The notes beneath the pieces are model-generated. The model made no database searches. It saw only the letters and a program-made list of their open reading frames with translations, and had not been told where the DNA came from. A DNA stretch of 64,000 nt from Eledone cirrhosa (taxonomy: Eukaryota): contig OZ024740.1 in assembly GCA_964016885.1 (NCBI GenBank), forward strand, positions 77,934,001 to 77,998,000, read 5' to 3'. The position numbers and the translations under genes are program-made. Positions 27,147 through 40,569 of this stretch are shown here, piece by piece. Within the stretch, counting starts at the first letter, position 1. Each line of letters starts with the position of its first letter.

Positions 27147-27334
27147 TGTGTGTATGTGTCTGTGTGTTATAGGTTTTGTGCGTAACCCAGGAGCATTAAA
27201 AGTGTAAGGGGAAGGAATACGTTGACTTGAACTTGTCCTCAGGCATGTATCTATGAAATCTGGGTCGCAGTCTCCAATTACTAGGAGCGTGACACGCTTA
27301 TTGCAGTGCTAGTCACATGTGTGTATATTTGTGC

Positions 27335-27374
<40 letters not shown>

Positions 27375-27379
<5 letters not shown>

Positions 27380-27462
27380 CGGCTGAAATGAATGCATGCA
27401 ATATTTCACAGCTTTAGCATCACTCCTTCATAGTCAGCCTATGAACTTTTCAGCCCACCCTC

Positions 27463-27463
<1 letters not shown>
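27375..27463. mobile_element. Mariner-type MITE relic in (TA)n
   Basis: Right end reads TA-CGAGGGTGGGCTGAAAAGTTC on the minus strand (mariner-like TIR); degenerate left end AGGTCGGCTGAAA. Confidence 0.6.
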
Positions 27464-27519
<56 letters not shown>

Positions 27520-27548
27520 GTATATATATACACATACATGTATGTATT

Positions 27549-27612
<64 letters not shown>

Positions 27613-27614
27613 TA

Positions 27615-27651
<37 letters not shown>

Positions 27652-27706
27652 ATATAATTATTCAGAATAATAATAAATGAAAACATTCACATAATCAAAA
27701 TATATG

Positions 27707-27768
27707 TTTTATTATATATATTTCGAAGGTACTGTGCTGTTTTTTCAGTACGTCCTCGTCAGATAAAA
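27707..27768 (-). ncRNA. Hammerhead ribozyme, left arm of a fold-back palindrome
   Basis: Reverse complement of 27805-27866. Confidence 0.8.
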
Positions 27769-27804
27769 TACCTGAATTGATGTATGACATACCCCATTCA
27801 TGTA

Positions 27805-27866
27805 TTTTATCTGACGAGGACGTACTGAAAAAACAGCACAGTACCTTCGAAATATATATAATAAAA
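27805..27866 (+). ncRNA. Type-I hammerhead ribozyme, right arm of a fold-back palindrome
   Basis: TTTTAT-CTGACGA-GGAC-GTACTG(11-nt loop)CAGTAC-CTTC-GAAA-TATATA-T-A-ATAAAA; intact core, predicted AUA cleavage after 27860. Confidence 0.8.
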
Positions 27867-27921
27867 CATATATTTTGATTATGTGAATGTCTTCATTTAT
27901 TATTATTCTGAATAATTATAT

Positions 27922-28039
<118 letters not shown>

Positions 28040-28081
28040 CTGTCGAAACAGCCGGAGCTCAGCCGTCGGGTTCCTGACTCT

Positions 28082-28182
<101 letters not shown>

Positions 28183-28630
28183 AATATATAGGTACATATG
28201 TATGAAAATTGAATGGAAACAGTACCTTCACCGTATGGGTATAAGCGTGGTAATGCCAATATTCTCCCATTCTAGTGGCTTGTACGATGTTATTACACTA
28301 TCTTCTGTTGTCAAAAAATACGGTCTGTTACTGATTTAATTCAATTTTCAAATACCACCACCGCTTTCTAATCACGTGATATTTACATAGACACACACAC
28401 ACACACACACATATTCTGAATAATAATAACTCCAGAAAACTTCTTTGTAGGGTGCTTTTAATCTATTGTAAAACTATATTCATTGAGTAATCAATATTAA
28501 TCTTTGGTCTGGGTAACCAGAGGAAAGATCTCCTATATCTGGAGTGGGTACTGTGCGGGTTGTAGTGGCGGTAGAGGGACGGGGCAGGTCTCATTCAGTA
28601 GGTTAAGGTCTATCATTTTCGGTACTCATT

Positions 28631-29225
28631 ATGAGTTGGACCGGTGGACATCGTGGCTTTGTTGTTCAAACGTATTAGGAAAACAACCGTTTTGTATTAG
28701 CGACGCAGCGAGCTTTCTAGATCGGAAAACAATTTTGCTTTGGATTTCTAACCTTCAGGCAATTGGATCCACACTGAAAAGAAAGCCACCTGGCAAACCT
28801 AGGACTGTTAAAACTCCAGAAAATATGGCAGCCGTAAGAGCATCCATTCAGCAATTGCCAAAGTGTTCCACTCGTAGGCATAACATAGCACTAGAGATAT
28901 CAAGTCGGATTTTGAGGAGGATTCTCCATGTCGATGTAAACTGCATCCTTACAAAATGAGGTTTGTTCAAGAATTAACCGAGAAAGATCATGTCAATCGC
29001 AGAGCCGTAAATCGACGCAATTCCACCTGAAATGACCCGGAGAGTCGTGGAGAACTTCCTAGAACGACTCCATCAATGTATTGCTAATAACGACCGCCAT
29101 TTGTCTGATATAGTTTTTAAAAACCATTAAAACAAAGCTATTTTTCTGAACTGTTTAGAAATATAATCATTTTCTTTTCTAGATAATTGTGTTCTTGTTT
29201 TATATCCCTTCAGAATGTGGGAGGT
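28631..29225 (+). mobile_element. Internally deleted Tc1/mariner-superfamily transposase relic
   Basis: MSWTGGHRGFVVQTY*..ATQRAF, GSTLKRKPPGKPRTVKTPEN..STRR, HPYK..VQEL, then C-terminal VVENFLERLHQCIANNDRHL; catalytic region missing. Confidence 0.8.
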
Positions 29226-29514
29226 GACCATGTTAAAAAAAAAGATTCTCAATACATTAGTAGAATATAAGCCTCTTTATTTTGTATAGAAATGACTTTT
29301 CATATGAATGAAACAGTTCTATTCATACAGAAGTCATTTCGGTAGGAGTTGAAACTGCCAGAAGTCCATCGCGACGGCTAAAGACCTTGGAGTTCTGTAT
29401 CTTTCGTTTGTACTTTTTTTTTTTTTAATTATCTTAAGGTTTCCCCTTCGAAAAAACATTTTTTCGTTTTGCCTTGTTTTCGTTCGTTGTCTTCTCTTTG
29501 TTAATTTTCCTAAG

Positions 29515-29550
<36 letters not shown>

Positions 29551-29552
<2 letters not shown>

Positions 29553-30223
29553 GTAGAATAATCGAGTATCGAAAAATCGGCGCACGAGTTCACGATAAAC
29601 AAAATTCGAAATGAGCGGCAGAGGGCTCAATAATTCAGATAAATCAGAGCTATAACTATCGTTAAAATACCGACACACATAGAACATGTCTAAAATCAAC
29701 CATACGACCGAAAAATTAAGATCTGGAAGATTCGGGTCACTCAGATAAAATATCAATAAATCAATAAATCAAATGAATGTAAAAAGCTTACCCGGACCCG
29801 CTAGAACGATGGTAAATCTAGCTTCTTGGGTTTCTGTAAATCCTTAAATCGCCCTCTATCAGCCCACATAAAAATATATAAGACTTCTAGAAAGCGGCGG
29901 ACAGGAGTTACTTTCTCAACGAGCTTTTGTCCGAACGAATAAAAAGGCACAACCCAAGTTGAAAAAACGCACATGGAATTCAGCAAGGGAGATAACCTCT
30001 AAATCCGCAAAAAATATTCGGGAAAATGTGGAAATTCACAAATCGAATAAGAGTGCTCAATAGACATGTTAAAATAAACAGGAGCTATTCATCATTTAAT
30101 AGAATCGACAAAAAATGAACAATAAAATTAACTGGTCAATAGCTAAGTCTAGAGCTAAATATAGTAGAATAATCGAGTATCGAAAAATCGGCGCACGAGT
30201 TCACGATAAACAAAATTCGAAAT
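29551..30223. mobile_element. Non-coding 611-bp unit with an identical 62-bp terminal direct repeat, inserted in (AT)n
   Basis: TAGTAGAATAATCGAG...CAAAATTCGAAAT at 29551-29612 and 30162-30223; contains GAGTGCTCAATA at 30051. Confidence 0.7.
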
Positions 30224-30723
30224 ATATATATACTCTTACGCACACATACACAACACGTATATATATATATATATATACTCTTACGCACTCATACACAACA
30301 CGTCACAGTTCTTAGCCATTTTGAATTCGTTTCTGGCGGGGATTATTTAAGAAAATTCTTCGTCCAAGTGAGTTTGTTTCCTGATGATTTCGAAGCTCGT
30401 GAATTTATCCTTGATCGGATATTTCCAAAAGCGAATGAAACGTCATGGGGTAGAAACGTAATCTTGGTATGTTTATATACATTTTTTCTTCTAACTTTAA
30501 ATTTATACCTAATTGTGTATGGTTGACGATATATTTAATCGATTTCCACGTGCTATTGAAGTGCTGTTGATCGCGAATAGATGGATGTCGTTTATTTATC
30601 TATTATTTCTTCATATGTGCCTTTTAATCTTATAGCCTTGTTTAATTGGTTTTTTGTGTGGTTGATTATGCTGATTGGGAGAGGAGATGGTGTATATATC
30701 TTATGATTCTATGGACATACGTT

Positions 30724-30789
<66 letters not shown>

Positions 30790-31239
30790 GAAGGTGTGTT
30801 TGTTGACTGTTAATAACACTAAATAAATGTAATAATTAAAGCTTTTCCTGTGTTTCCTCTAATGTGACCTCCAACATTCTCGCAATCCACTTTTTCTCTG
30901 AAAACGGAATGGGAGAGGGGGAAGTGGAGGAACCTAGGATTTTCCCAGCCTCGGAGATTTCTTCACTGAGAATTATTTTCCTTTTTAAGTTTTTTTCGTT
31001 TGTTTTTTGCCGATCTGACATCCGACTCACTCGCCAACGACTCCTTTTTACGATACGGAGGCGGAGAGTGAGAGGGACCCTCTGAGTTACAGATAAGCAC
31101 AACTTGGCCATTTAAATTTATAGGAAAGCAATTCCTTGATACTGAAGGATGTTTTGATCCTTCTCCATTTTTTTACGGTTGTGGAAAGCGTTGTAAATCT
31201 TAATCAAGTTTTTCCCTATTTCGAAATCCATCATTCCAA

Positions 31240-31772
31240 TGAGGCTGTGCGAAAGAACAATCCTTGCCCCCTAAAACATGGCAGTGAATGCCATCAACAA
31301 AAATCTCTCACGAATGATCTCTGTAGTTGTCGACGAGGACGAAACTGCTCATTATCCTGTAGAATTTCTCAGTGAGAGTCAGTTACGCAATGACCATTCC
31401 AAGTCCCAAGGTCAAATACTGCAGGTTGACGGTCTTCATCAAGAAGAGGGCTGTTTCTCACAAGGTCAATTTTTATATAGTTTGTTCCAGTATAGGAAGC
31501 CCTAAACTCTCCATCTATGCTCCACATTGTATCCTGAAGTTCTGTAAATGTTTTATAATTTTCGTAGAATACATTTTTCTATTATTTTCTTTATTAGTTT
31601 CTGTATTTAGATATTCTAAATAAATTTTTAAAATTATGTTATGAAATAGTTAAATACCTTTTAACATCTTTTATTTTAAGAAAAATTGGCATTACGATAT
31701 ATGCCAGTAGTTGCCTTATGAATAGATTTGAGCACAGTACAAACCGGGCGAAGTCTGGGAGGCCGCTGACTG
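31240..31772 (+). mobile_element. Helitron relic (PIF1-helicase fragments and 3' hairpin)
   Basis: ILAP(K)NMAVNAIN, VVDEDETAHYPVEFL, RVSYAMTI/KSQGQ, CFSQGQ(F/L)Y; degenerate 3' hairpin CCGGGCGAAGTCTGG near 31744-31758. Confidence 0.75.
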
Positions 31773-31854
31773 AATACGCATGTGTGTTTTTTTCTCCCCC
31801 ATTCCTTCCTCTTCTCAATCTATTATTTTTATTTATCTTCTATTTATAAGTCTA

Positions 31855-31890
31855 TCTTCTGATGAAGGACTAGTGTACGAAACGTTAAAA
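31855..31890 (+). ncRNA. Minimal hammerhead, partly decayed (family of 44549)
   Basis: TCTT-CTGATGA-A-GGAC(TAGT)GTAC-GAAA-CG-TT-AAAA; one mismatch each in stems I and II. Confidence 0.7.
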
Positions 31891-32046
31891 CTCACTCCTG
31901 CTATTTCAAGCGTTAAACTAATATATTTCTTCCATGTACTGTGGCGTTTGCTTTATTATTTCTGTTTACCTTTTACATACAATCATACATACACGAACAC
32001 ACATACATATACATTGTATACGAACATAGTATGTTTTCACATAGCC

Positions 32047-32089
<43 letters not shown>

Positions 32090-32177
32090 CATTATATATA
32101 TACATGTATATATATATTTGTATTATATTATATATATTTGTATTATATCATATATATTTGTGTTATATCATATATAT

Positions 32178-32224
32178 ATGATGATTTCTCCCGAATGAAA
32201 CAGTTCTAATCCTGTAGAAGCCGT

Positions 32225-32313
<89 letters not shown>

Positions 32314-32882
32314 TATAGAAATGTCTTCTACAGGACTAGAACTGTTTCATTCGAAGGAAATCATCCTGATGATATATACATATATTATAAAGAGTTGGGG
32401 CCCAGATGGCTGAGCCGTTTCAACAGCTAGTTGAATCTGGGGCACTGACTCTTTATAATATAGCCATACTCTGCTGTATCGAGTACTCTGTTGAGTAATG
32501 GTTTAACTAGTTTAAAACGGGTTCTATCCTTATACAGAGTACTCGATACAGCAGAGTATGGCTATAATATAAAGAGTCAGGGCCCCAGATTCAACTAGCT
32601 GTTGAAACGGCTCAGTTGTGGGGCCCCAACTCATTATAATATATGTATATATCATCAGGATGATTTCCTTCGAATGAAACAGTTCTAATTCTGTAGTAGC
32701 CATTTATATAAATATATATATACATGTACATATATATATATATATAATGCAAATATATATATATATATTTAATATAGAGATGGCTGCTACAGTACTAGAA
32801 CTGTTTCATTCGAAGGAAATCATCCTGATGATTTTCTTCGAATGAAACAGTTCTAGTCCTGTAGAAGCCATTTCTATATTAA
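32178..32882. repeat. Nested inverted-repeat complex in (AT)n
   Basis: Arms about 32312-32490 / 32533-32710, a second palindrome about 32775-32880, and a partial copy at 32178-32230. Confidence 0.9.
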
Positions 32883-33064
32883 ATATTTATACTCTGCTAT
32901 GTATTGAGTACCTTACTGTAGTTACCCTCGATTGAACCCGAGATACACACACACACACACACACACATACATATATATATAGATATATAGATAGATAGAT
33001 ATATACATATATCCACAATTAAACCCTTCTTACCAAGACCCACCTTATTACTTAATTAAAAATT

Positions 33065-33255
33065 CCAATTGACTAATCACGAGTCTCTTAACAATAGCAG
33101 TTAGGTGTAGGCTCCGCCCGACCGGTGTTTGTAAACAAAGGTGACCAATTAGAGTGACGCTTATACTTTTTGTTCGGTTACGCTTGACATTTTGAGTCAT
33201 AATTACTTTTGTAAAAGGCTATGTTAAAAGGAAGGCGGCGGAAACTGGTAATTTC
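33065..33255. promoter_or_regulatory. Promoter-like motif cluster
   Basis: CCAAT at 33065 and 33145, GC box CTCCGCCC 33112-33119, forkhead-like GTAAACA 33131-33137, TGACG half-site 33155, GGCGGCGGAA near 33234; unique CpG-containing DNA. Confidence 0.45.
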
Positions 33256-35031
33256 TTTAACTTTGTTTTTCGGATCATCTGTAACGAACGAAGGAAAGAA
33301 AGGAAGAAAGAGAATAAGACAGTGAATCTTTGGAGACGAAAATATATAACAACAACGGCAACGATAAACATACATATATCAAATATACGTAAAAAAAAAA
33401 TCTCTCTCTCACTCTTTTTCTCTATTTCACTCTCTTACACACTCACGCATATATCTTGATCTACTTACACATACAAACATATTATACGTATAAATGTGTG
33501 TATTTCTCCAGTTCATCTATGTGTAAACTTACTAAACTCTCTGCTCAAGTCTGCAACTTGTACTGCAAGACGGCAACCAAACCCCCATCACCACTACTCT
33601 CTCCCTAACTCCGCACATCTATCTATTTTGATAACTTTAGACCTGTTCCACTCTATTTTAGTTTACTTACACATACTCACACAGCTAAATACATATAAAT
33701 ATATTTATATAAATGATATATATGATATATAAGTGCATGGAAATTTTAAAAAGATATACCACTCATTATTATTTACAAGACACACTTGCCTAAAGGTTAT
33801 ATGTATATTTCAGAAATTATCTTAAAGCAATATTGTATTATATTGATAATATTTTAAGGAATTATTTCGCATAGGTACATTAATATTTCATAAAATCATA
33901 TTTTCCTTTTAGTGTGTAATAAATATTTTAAAAAACACTTTCAAATTATACCACGGCCTACTGACTCGTACAGTAAACAATATATAAAACACTTCATACA
34001 CACATACATATATATTATATGTGTATGGGTATATCAACTTCATCATCAACATCGTTTTTACGTCCTTTTTTCCACATGGGTTGGATGCACACATATTCTA
34101 CGTTTTATCATATATTATAGATTATGATATTAGACAGTATAATATAAAAAGTTATTTGTTTATATAGTTAAATAGAATATATATTTTATGAATATATAAT
34201 TTATGAAAAATAAAATATAATTATTTTATTGTACACGATAAAAGTAGCGTAAACTAGTTCAAATTTTACCTCTGCCTTCGTAGTGCTATTTAACTTCTTT
34301 CAACCAGTTGACAGAACTTGTTGACTCTCTTCTAATATCAGCCGAAACAGTTTTTATTTTTATATTTCTTTTTTCCCTATTCTCATTCTCCCTTTCTGTG
34401 CTTTCGTTTCTCTCTCCCATTTCCTACATCAGCCCTATTATCATACATACATGTATGTATATTATCCCTCTTACTACAAAAAGGACCCCTTGAAACTTTT
34501 TTTCGTGTCTTAGGTACCACGGCACCGCACACGCACCACGCATATAGAAGGAAATTTCGAAAGATATTTTCAAACAAATATTACACACTCTATTGCTATT
34601 TCATCGGGGAAAGAAAAAAATAACGAACTTAGAAGAAACAAGAAAAATATATTTTTCAAATTACTTTTACCTTGATTAAAACAAACTAAAAGTTTCCGTA
34701 GATGTAATATATATTTTATATATATATATATATATATCGCTTTGTCTCACATCATCTGCATTGTGTTTGTCCTGTCTTCTACTACAAGTGGTTTATTTAT
34801 ATTAGAAGACCAACAAGGAAAAAATAACCAGATTATTCATCCGAAATAATAACAACAGAAAATATACATTATATATATATAAACTACGACAAGTAACAAA
34901 ACTTTTATATCTATATATACGTATATATATACACACAGTATATATAACGGGACAAATCATATATAAAAAAAGGTGAGGTGAGCTTTTGATTTACCCCTAT
35001 CACACCAAACATGTATGTTTATATATATATA

Positions 35032-35110
35032 CAGGGTGTTCCAAAAAACGTATACACACTTTAACAGCATTCTAATAAATATGTGTATACATTTTTTTGA
35101 AGACACCCTA
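35032..35110. mobile_element. 79-bp Tc1/mariner-type MITE
   Basis: TA-CAGGGTGTTCCAAAAAACGTATACACA ... TGTGTATACATTTTTTTGAAGACACCCTA-TA; imperfect TIRs of about 27 bp, TA flanks. Confidence 0.8.
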
Positions 35111-36961
35111 TATATATTGTATTGTAATTATTCCCGCGTTACTCTTGTATTTTCTATGCGTATATTATTATGTATTCCAAATATTAGACTTTGCCTTACA
35201 GTGTGTATCTGTGTGTTTTTATACATATGTGTGCGTGTGTGTTGTGTATTTATTTGTATACTAAAGGAAGATAGATATACATACATAGATGAATATATGT
35301 CTATTGTATATATTATTGAATAGGCAGGATCTTCCACTCTTTTCGCCTGATTGGAGAAGCTGCTGAGTCCCACTCAACTCAAATTGAGTCCTTTTATCAG
35401 TAAAATGTTTATTTGTGATTCTCTATTTCAACAACCCCAAAATTAACATCGTGTATTTATGTAATATAACAAACATGTAAATGTGTATACGTTTATATAT
35501 TACGCATGTATTATGCACAGACACACAAATATATATATAGTTTAACAAGACGAAATTTCACATTAGTGTTTATTATTGATTATAGACCAATTACATACAT
35601 TTCACAGATGACTATCTCCAGTAACCCACCAAGTTACTGAAATTATTGAATAAAGCAATATATATGAGAGTGTTTATGTTTGCATTTTATATATATATAT
35701 ATATATATATATCGCCCACTTCACGTGGTGCAGTAAACAAGCTGGTCGTGTCATGTTATTTATCTACGAGTTGCCTCCACAACAATCCTCTTATATGTTG
35801 ATAGTGTAGTTGTTTAACCACAAGTAGGCCCTGAACATGTAAACCTATGATCACAGTGAACATGCCAATCTTTCTTTCTTACCCCCTCCCTCTTTTTTTA
35901 AAAAAACCAAATACAGTTTAAATAAGATCACATTGTTGTATTGTGATATTGAGATGAAGCTGCTATTTCTAGTACGTCAAGCGGCCAGACTACATGGACG
36001 CCCTCTTGTTGATCTGTGATAATGTTGTTTATTTAATGTGGCCATGTATTTGTATTTTATGATAATGCTGATTTTATAATGTGGAGGCGTGTGCTCATTG
36101 TGTTGGTAACGTTGTTATTCAAACCCTGATATCTTTAGTAGAGTCCAATTATGTTGGGTCAGGGCTCCTGCTTAAATATATTTTTTCCCCCTCCTCATCA
36201 TTCTTAGAGAGGCTGAAATGTATTACAGGCACTTCCTCCTCCGCCTTAAGTTCAGGCTTGATCCAATAGCGTTATGTTTAAAGGTGTTCCAGACGTGAAC
36301 ATCCTGTCTTATTAACAATATATCCCAAACCACATTATCCTATACTTTTTAAAGACAATACGGTGTGGTTTGAGGGAGATTTGGCTACTCTTTTTAGCTG
36401 GTCAAGACAAAACACAAACTACTTCGTGTGCTGATAATGTTTTTATTAATGTGACGCGATAGTTTTAATAACGTGGAAGCATGTGCAGTAAGTCAGCTTT
36501 GATCGAGCAGACTTATGATCAAAGTTGTTCCTACTATGCCCACCCTTTCTTTGTATATTTAGTTATTATCGAATAATGTATAATTTGTTTTCTAAAGACA
36601 GCAGGGTTTAGCTATGAGGCCCCCGGCTTGTGTTTGTAATGTAGTAGTTGTGTAACCAAAGTCATTTTTCATCAGGCATAACTATACTAGGGATCCTAGT
36701 AGTGACCATCCTGTCTATATTATATCTAGGACTAACTATATTATTTAAGATTTGCACACGTATTATTTACTCTTTATCTTTTTTTTTTTCGTTTTGAGAT
36801 AATGGTGTGATTTGACAGAGTTTTGGCTGCTATTTCTAGCAGTTCAAAACCACGTGGAATCTCCTTCTTTGGCTCGGTGCCCATAACGTTGCTTAGATTA
36901 CGTGAAAGCTATGCAATATTGTTAATAAAATTAGTTAATAGCATTTTGTAATGTAAGCAGA

Positions 36962-37718
36962 AGACCAGCAATTTGGGGAGGGGAAAGTCGATTAAATCGA
37001 CCTCAGTGTATAACTGGTGCTTTATTTTATCGACCCTGTAAGGATGAAAGGCAAAGCTAATGTTTAATGATTGTTTCTACTTTTGGCACAAGGCCACCAA
37101 TTATCCAGTGCATTACTGGTACTTTATTTTCTCGACCCCGTAAGAATGAAAGGCAAAGTTAACCTCTGCGGGATTCGAACCCAGAACATAAAGGGCCATA
37201 ACTCTGTCGTAAAGCATGGCGTCCGACCCTCTACCAATACCGCTAATGTGTGTACAATAGTCATGATAATGTTGTTTAATAATGTGTGCAATAGTCTTGA
37301 TAATGCTGTTTCATAATTGTTTCTAATTTGGGCACAAGGCCACCAATTACTCAGTGCATTACTGGTACTTTATTTTCTCGACCCCGTAAGGATGAAAGGC
37401 AAAGTTAACCTTAGCGGGAATTGAACTCAGAATGTTGTTTAATAATGTGTGTACAATAGTCTTGATAATGTGTGTACAATAGTCTTGATAATGTGTGTAT
37501 AATAGTCTTGATAATGTGTGTACAATAGTCTTCATAATTGTTTCTACTTTAGGCACAAGGCCAGCAATTACCCAGTGCATTACTGGTACTTTATTTTATC
37601 GCCCCCGTAAGGATGAAAGGCAAAGTCAACCTCGGCGGGATTTGAACTCAGATCGTTAAGGGACGTAACTATGCTGCTAAGCATGGCGTCCGACCCTCTA
37701 CCGATACTGCCAATCCAC
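36962..37718 (-). mobile_element. Tandem cluster of four family-A SINE copies with 23-bp minisatellite spacers
   Basis: Four CTTTATTTT(A/C)TCG..GTAAG(G/A)ATGAAAGGCAAAG blocks; repeats of AATGTGTGTACAATAGTCTTGAT at 37444-37530. Confidence 0.9.
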
Positions 37719-38544
37719 AAGTCTTCATATGTTGTTTAATAATGCATGCAATAGTCATGATAATTGTTAATATAATCAAGGCATGTGCACAAACTTTCAT
37801 AATGTTGATTAATAATTGTTTCTACGTTAGGCACATAATGATAAGGTATGTGCAATAGTGTTAATAATGTTGGTTAATAATGATGTGGATGTGCAATAAT
37901 GTTGCTTAATAATGGGAAGGTGGGTGCAATAGCTTTGATAATGCTTAATGAGAAGGTATATGCAGTTGATATCATTGTTTCTACACCGACTTTTCCACGT
38001 TGGCATGGGTTTGATGGGACTTCTTGAGGAAGATGCCCTTCCTGACACCAACCTTTTTAGTTGCTTCTTAAAAAAGGAAGGGATATGGTGTGTCTATTCT
38101 AAACCAGATAAGTTTTTTTATTAATGTGGAGATTTGTTTGTTTTTAAAATAATCTACTACCATACATTATCATCATTCCACTATCCTATGCTGGTATGGA
38201 TTTGGACTGGATTGTTTGAGACAATGCTTTACATTCAGATGCCCTTCCTGATGTCAGCCCTATTAGTTACCTCTTAATCTTTGTTGATAATGCTATTTTA
38301 TAAATGTGGACATGTGTGGAATAGTATTGAGAATATTACTCGATAATGTGGAAGTATTGTTAGTAGTGCTGGTAATGTTGAGTTCAATATATTGGTGGAA
38401 TTGGTTGAGTATCAGATAAAATGTCTTGTGGTATATTTACTTGGTCTCCTTTAAGTTCAAAGCTGAAATCCTGCTGAGGTTTACTTTGCTTTTCAACCTT
38501 CCAGTGTCAATGAAATAAAGTATTAGTCAAGTATAAGGGTTGCT

Positions 38545-39120
38545 TTAACTCTTTAACATTTAGACTAGCCGTTTCTGGCTAGATTTCTCTCACCTCTTTC
38601 TGTTCAAACTGGCCGTAACCAACCACTCATACAAATGTTAAGATATTGTTCTCAAAATAAATATCAAAATCTCATAGATTCGCTATTATGTGAGGTAAAT
38701 CTTTTACTGTGAAAATATAATAGTAAATATAAAGTAATATAAATGCTAAAGGTTTAATCAACTATAGCTTTCTGTCAAATTTAAGGCCTCCTACCTGTGT
38801 TAGAAATCAATAATGTTCATAGTTAAGTGCAATAAATAAGCATTAATTTGCTTTAATCAATATAGGTTGATGTTCAATAATTATGATATTGCTGTTTTAT
38901 TTACCCTTTAACATTTACATTACTCTATATTTACTGTTGTATTTTCATGGTAAACACTTTATTTCACATAATTACTTCACATAATATTGAATCTACGCTA
39001 TTATTTATTTTGAGAACAAAACCTTAACATCAGTATGAACAGTCGGTTATGGCCAGTTTGAACAGAAAGAGCTAGGAGAATTCTGGCCAGATACGGCTGG
39101 TTGAAATGCTAAAGGGTTAA
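38545..39120. mobile_element. Two piggyBac-type MITEs in opposite orientation (38545-38757, about 38900-39120)
   Basis: About 210-bp units with TTAA-CCCTTTAGCATTT-like termini; same family as 56742-56957 and 7848-8260. Confidence 0.75.
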
Positions 39121-39174
39121 ACTGGAGGCATGTGCAATGATGTTTATAATTTGGTTTTAACAATATAAGATCAG

Positions 39175-39460
39175 GTCCTTCTTTTTCACCCATTTATTCT
39201 GGGGAGGGTCATGGGGGTAGAGTCCTCAAACACACTTTCTAGTGGATCCGGTCAGAAGTAACTGTCTCCAATTGATCTGGCTGGATCCCCAAGCAAGACC
39301 AGCCAAGCTCATGGATGTTATCCAACCATCTTGCTCGGAGTTTACACTTGGATCTCCTGCCAGTTGGTTTTGCCTGTAAATTCCGTCCAGTGTTTATTTC
39401 CTGAGACATCCTAACTACATGCCTTTGGTATCAGAGTCTGATCTCTCAATTTGGAAATAT
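39175..39460 (-). mobile_element. RTE LINE 3' fragment
   Basis: Reverse-complement similarity to 14040-14335. Confidence 0.75.
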
Positions 39461-40569
39461 TGAAGCTAACATGGATAGGTATTACAGAGATGAATGCTTG
39501 AATCCCTCAACTATTGCAGTCCTGGATGTTCATGTTTGGAATGTCATTGTCTAATTTCATATTATTCCACTACGTATAAAATTTTAAAAAGTGAACAATA
39601 AATATATTTTTATATGTATATATATTAATATTACTTTATTTTTGGTTAACTGGATATCTATAATGAAGTGGTGGATGATATACTTTGTTTGAAATAATTA
39701 AAACATTATTTCTAATATAATAATTATCAGAACAAAGTTGGCCGCCTGCAGGTGCGAGGAGTGGTGGCTGTTCCAGCTTTCTCCCTTGGTGTCCTCCAGA
39801 GCAATGTATTCTCCATCCTGTCAACCAGGACCCGGAGGTGAAGGTTACTCATTCGGACGTCTCACATTTCCTCTTCTTTCCAGAAGTTATTTCTGGAAAG
39901 GAGTTTCTTACATTCATTCTCTATATAAGTTCTTGGAATATATTCAGACCAGACATATAATACATTCATGCAGAAGTACCATGATTCAAATTTAATAAAT
40001 TGGCAACCAATCCTGTGCCTTATTTATGCAATGTCAAGTAGTTCAGTACCTAAATAAATGTATAAGATATATCTTATGCTTATCTCAGTATCAAGTGAGT
40101 AAACATTATTGATGATAGGTAAAAACATCCAGAAACACTAGTGTCTGGTGTTCTCACACTGCTACTAAAATTGCTATGACATGAACACTCATAGCAAGAC
40201 TTATATATTATATATAAACATATCTATCTGTGCAATAAGCCCACTGGATGTGAGAGACTCCTGATATCTCTCTGTTGAAAACCTGCAGCTCTATAGTAAC
40301 TGATGATGTTAATCTATTCTTCTGTTTGGAATATAACCATTGTTGCTCAGTGAGTGGGATTGGTCCAGTATCCTATAAAAAGCTTTATATACGGGCATCA
40401 CTTGATTTCATGGGATCTTTGACTGAAGTGAATGGCTAACTATTGACATCCACGAAACTCAAACTGATGTTGTTTGATAGCCATACCCTATCACCTCTAG
40501 GCAAAACAGGAGTTATCACAGTTAAAAAGGGTACTCAATATGTTGGTTCAGCATATGCATCTTTATTGG

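Noticed and set aside
32821-32860. CTGATGA...GAAAC as a hammerhead
   Set aside because: Created by the palindrome junction; no stem II or stem I pairing.
37444-37530. CRISPR-like array
   Set aside because: Head-to-tail 23-bp minisatellite without unique spacers in eukaryotic DNA.
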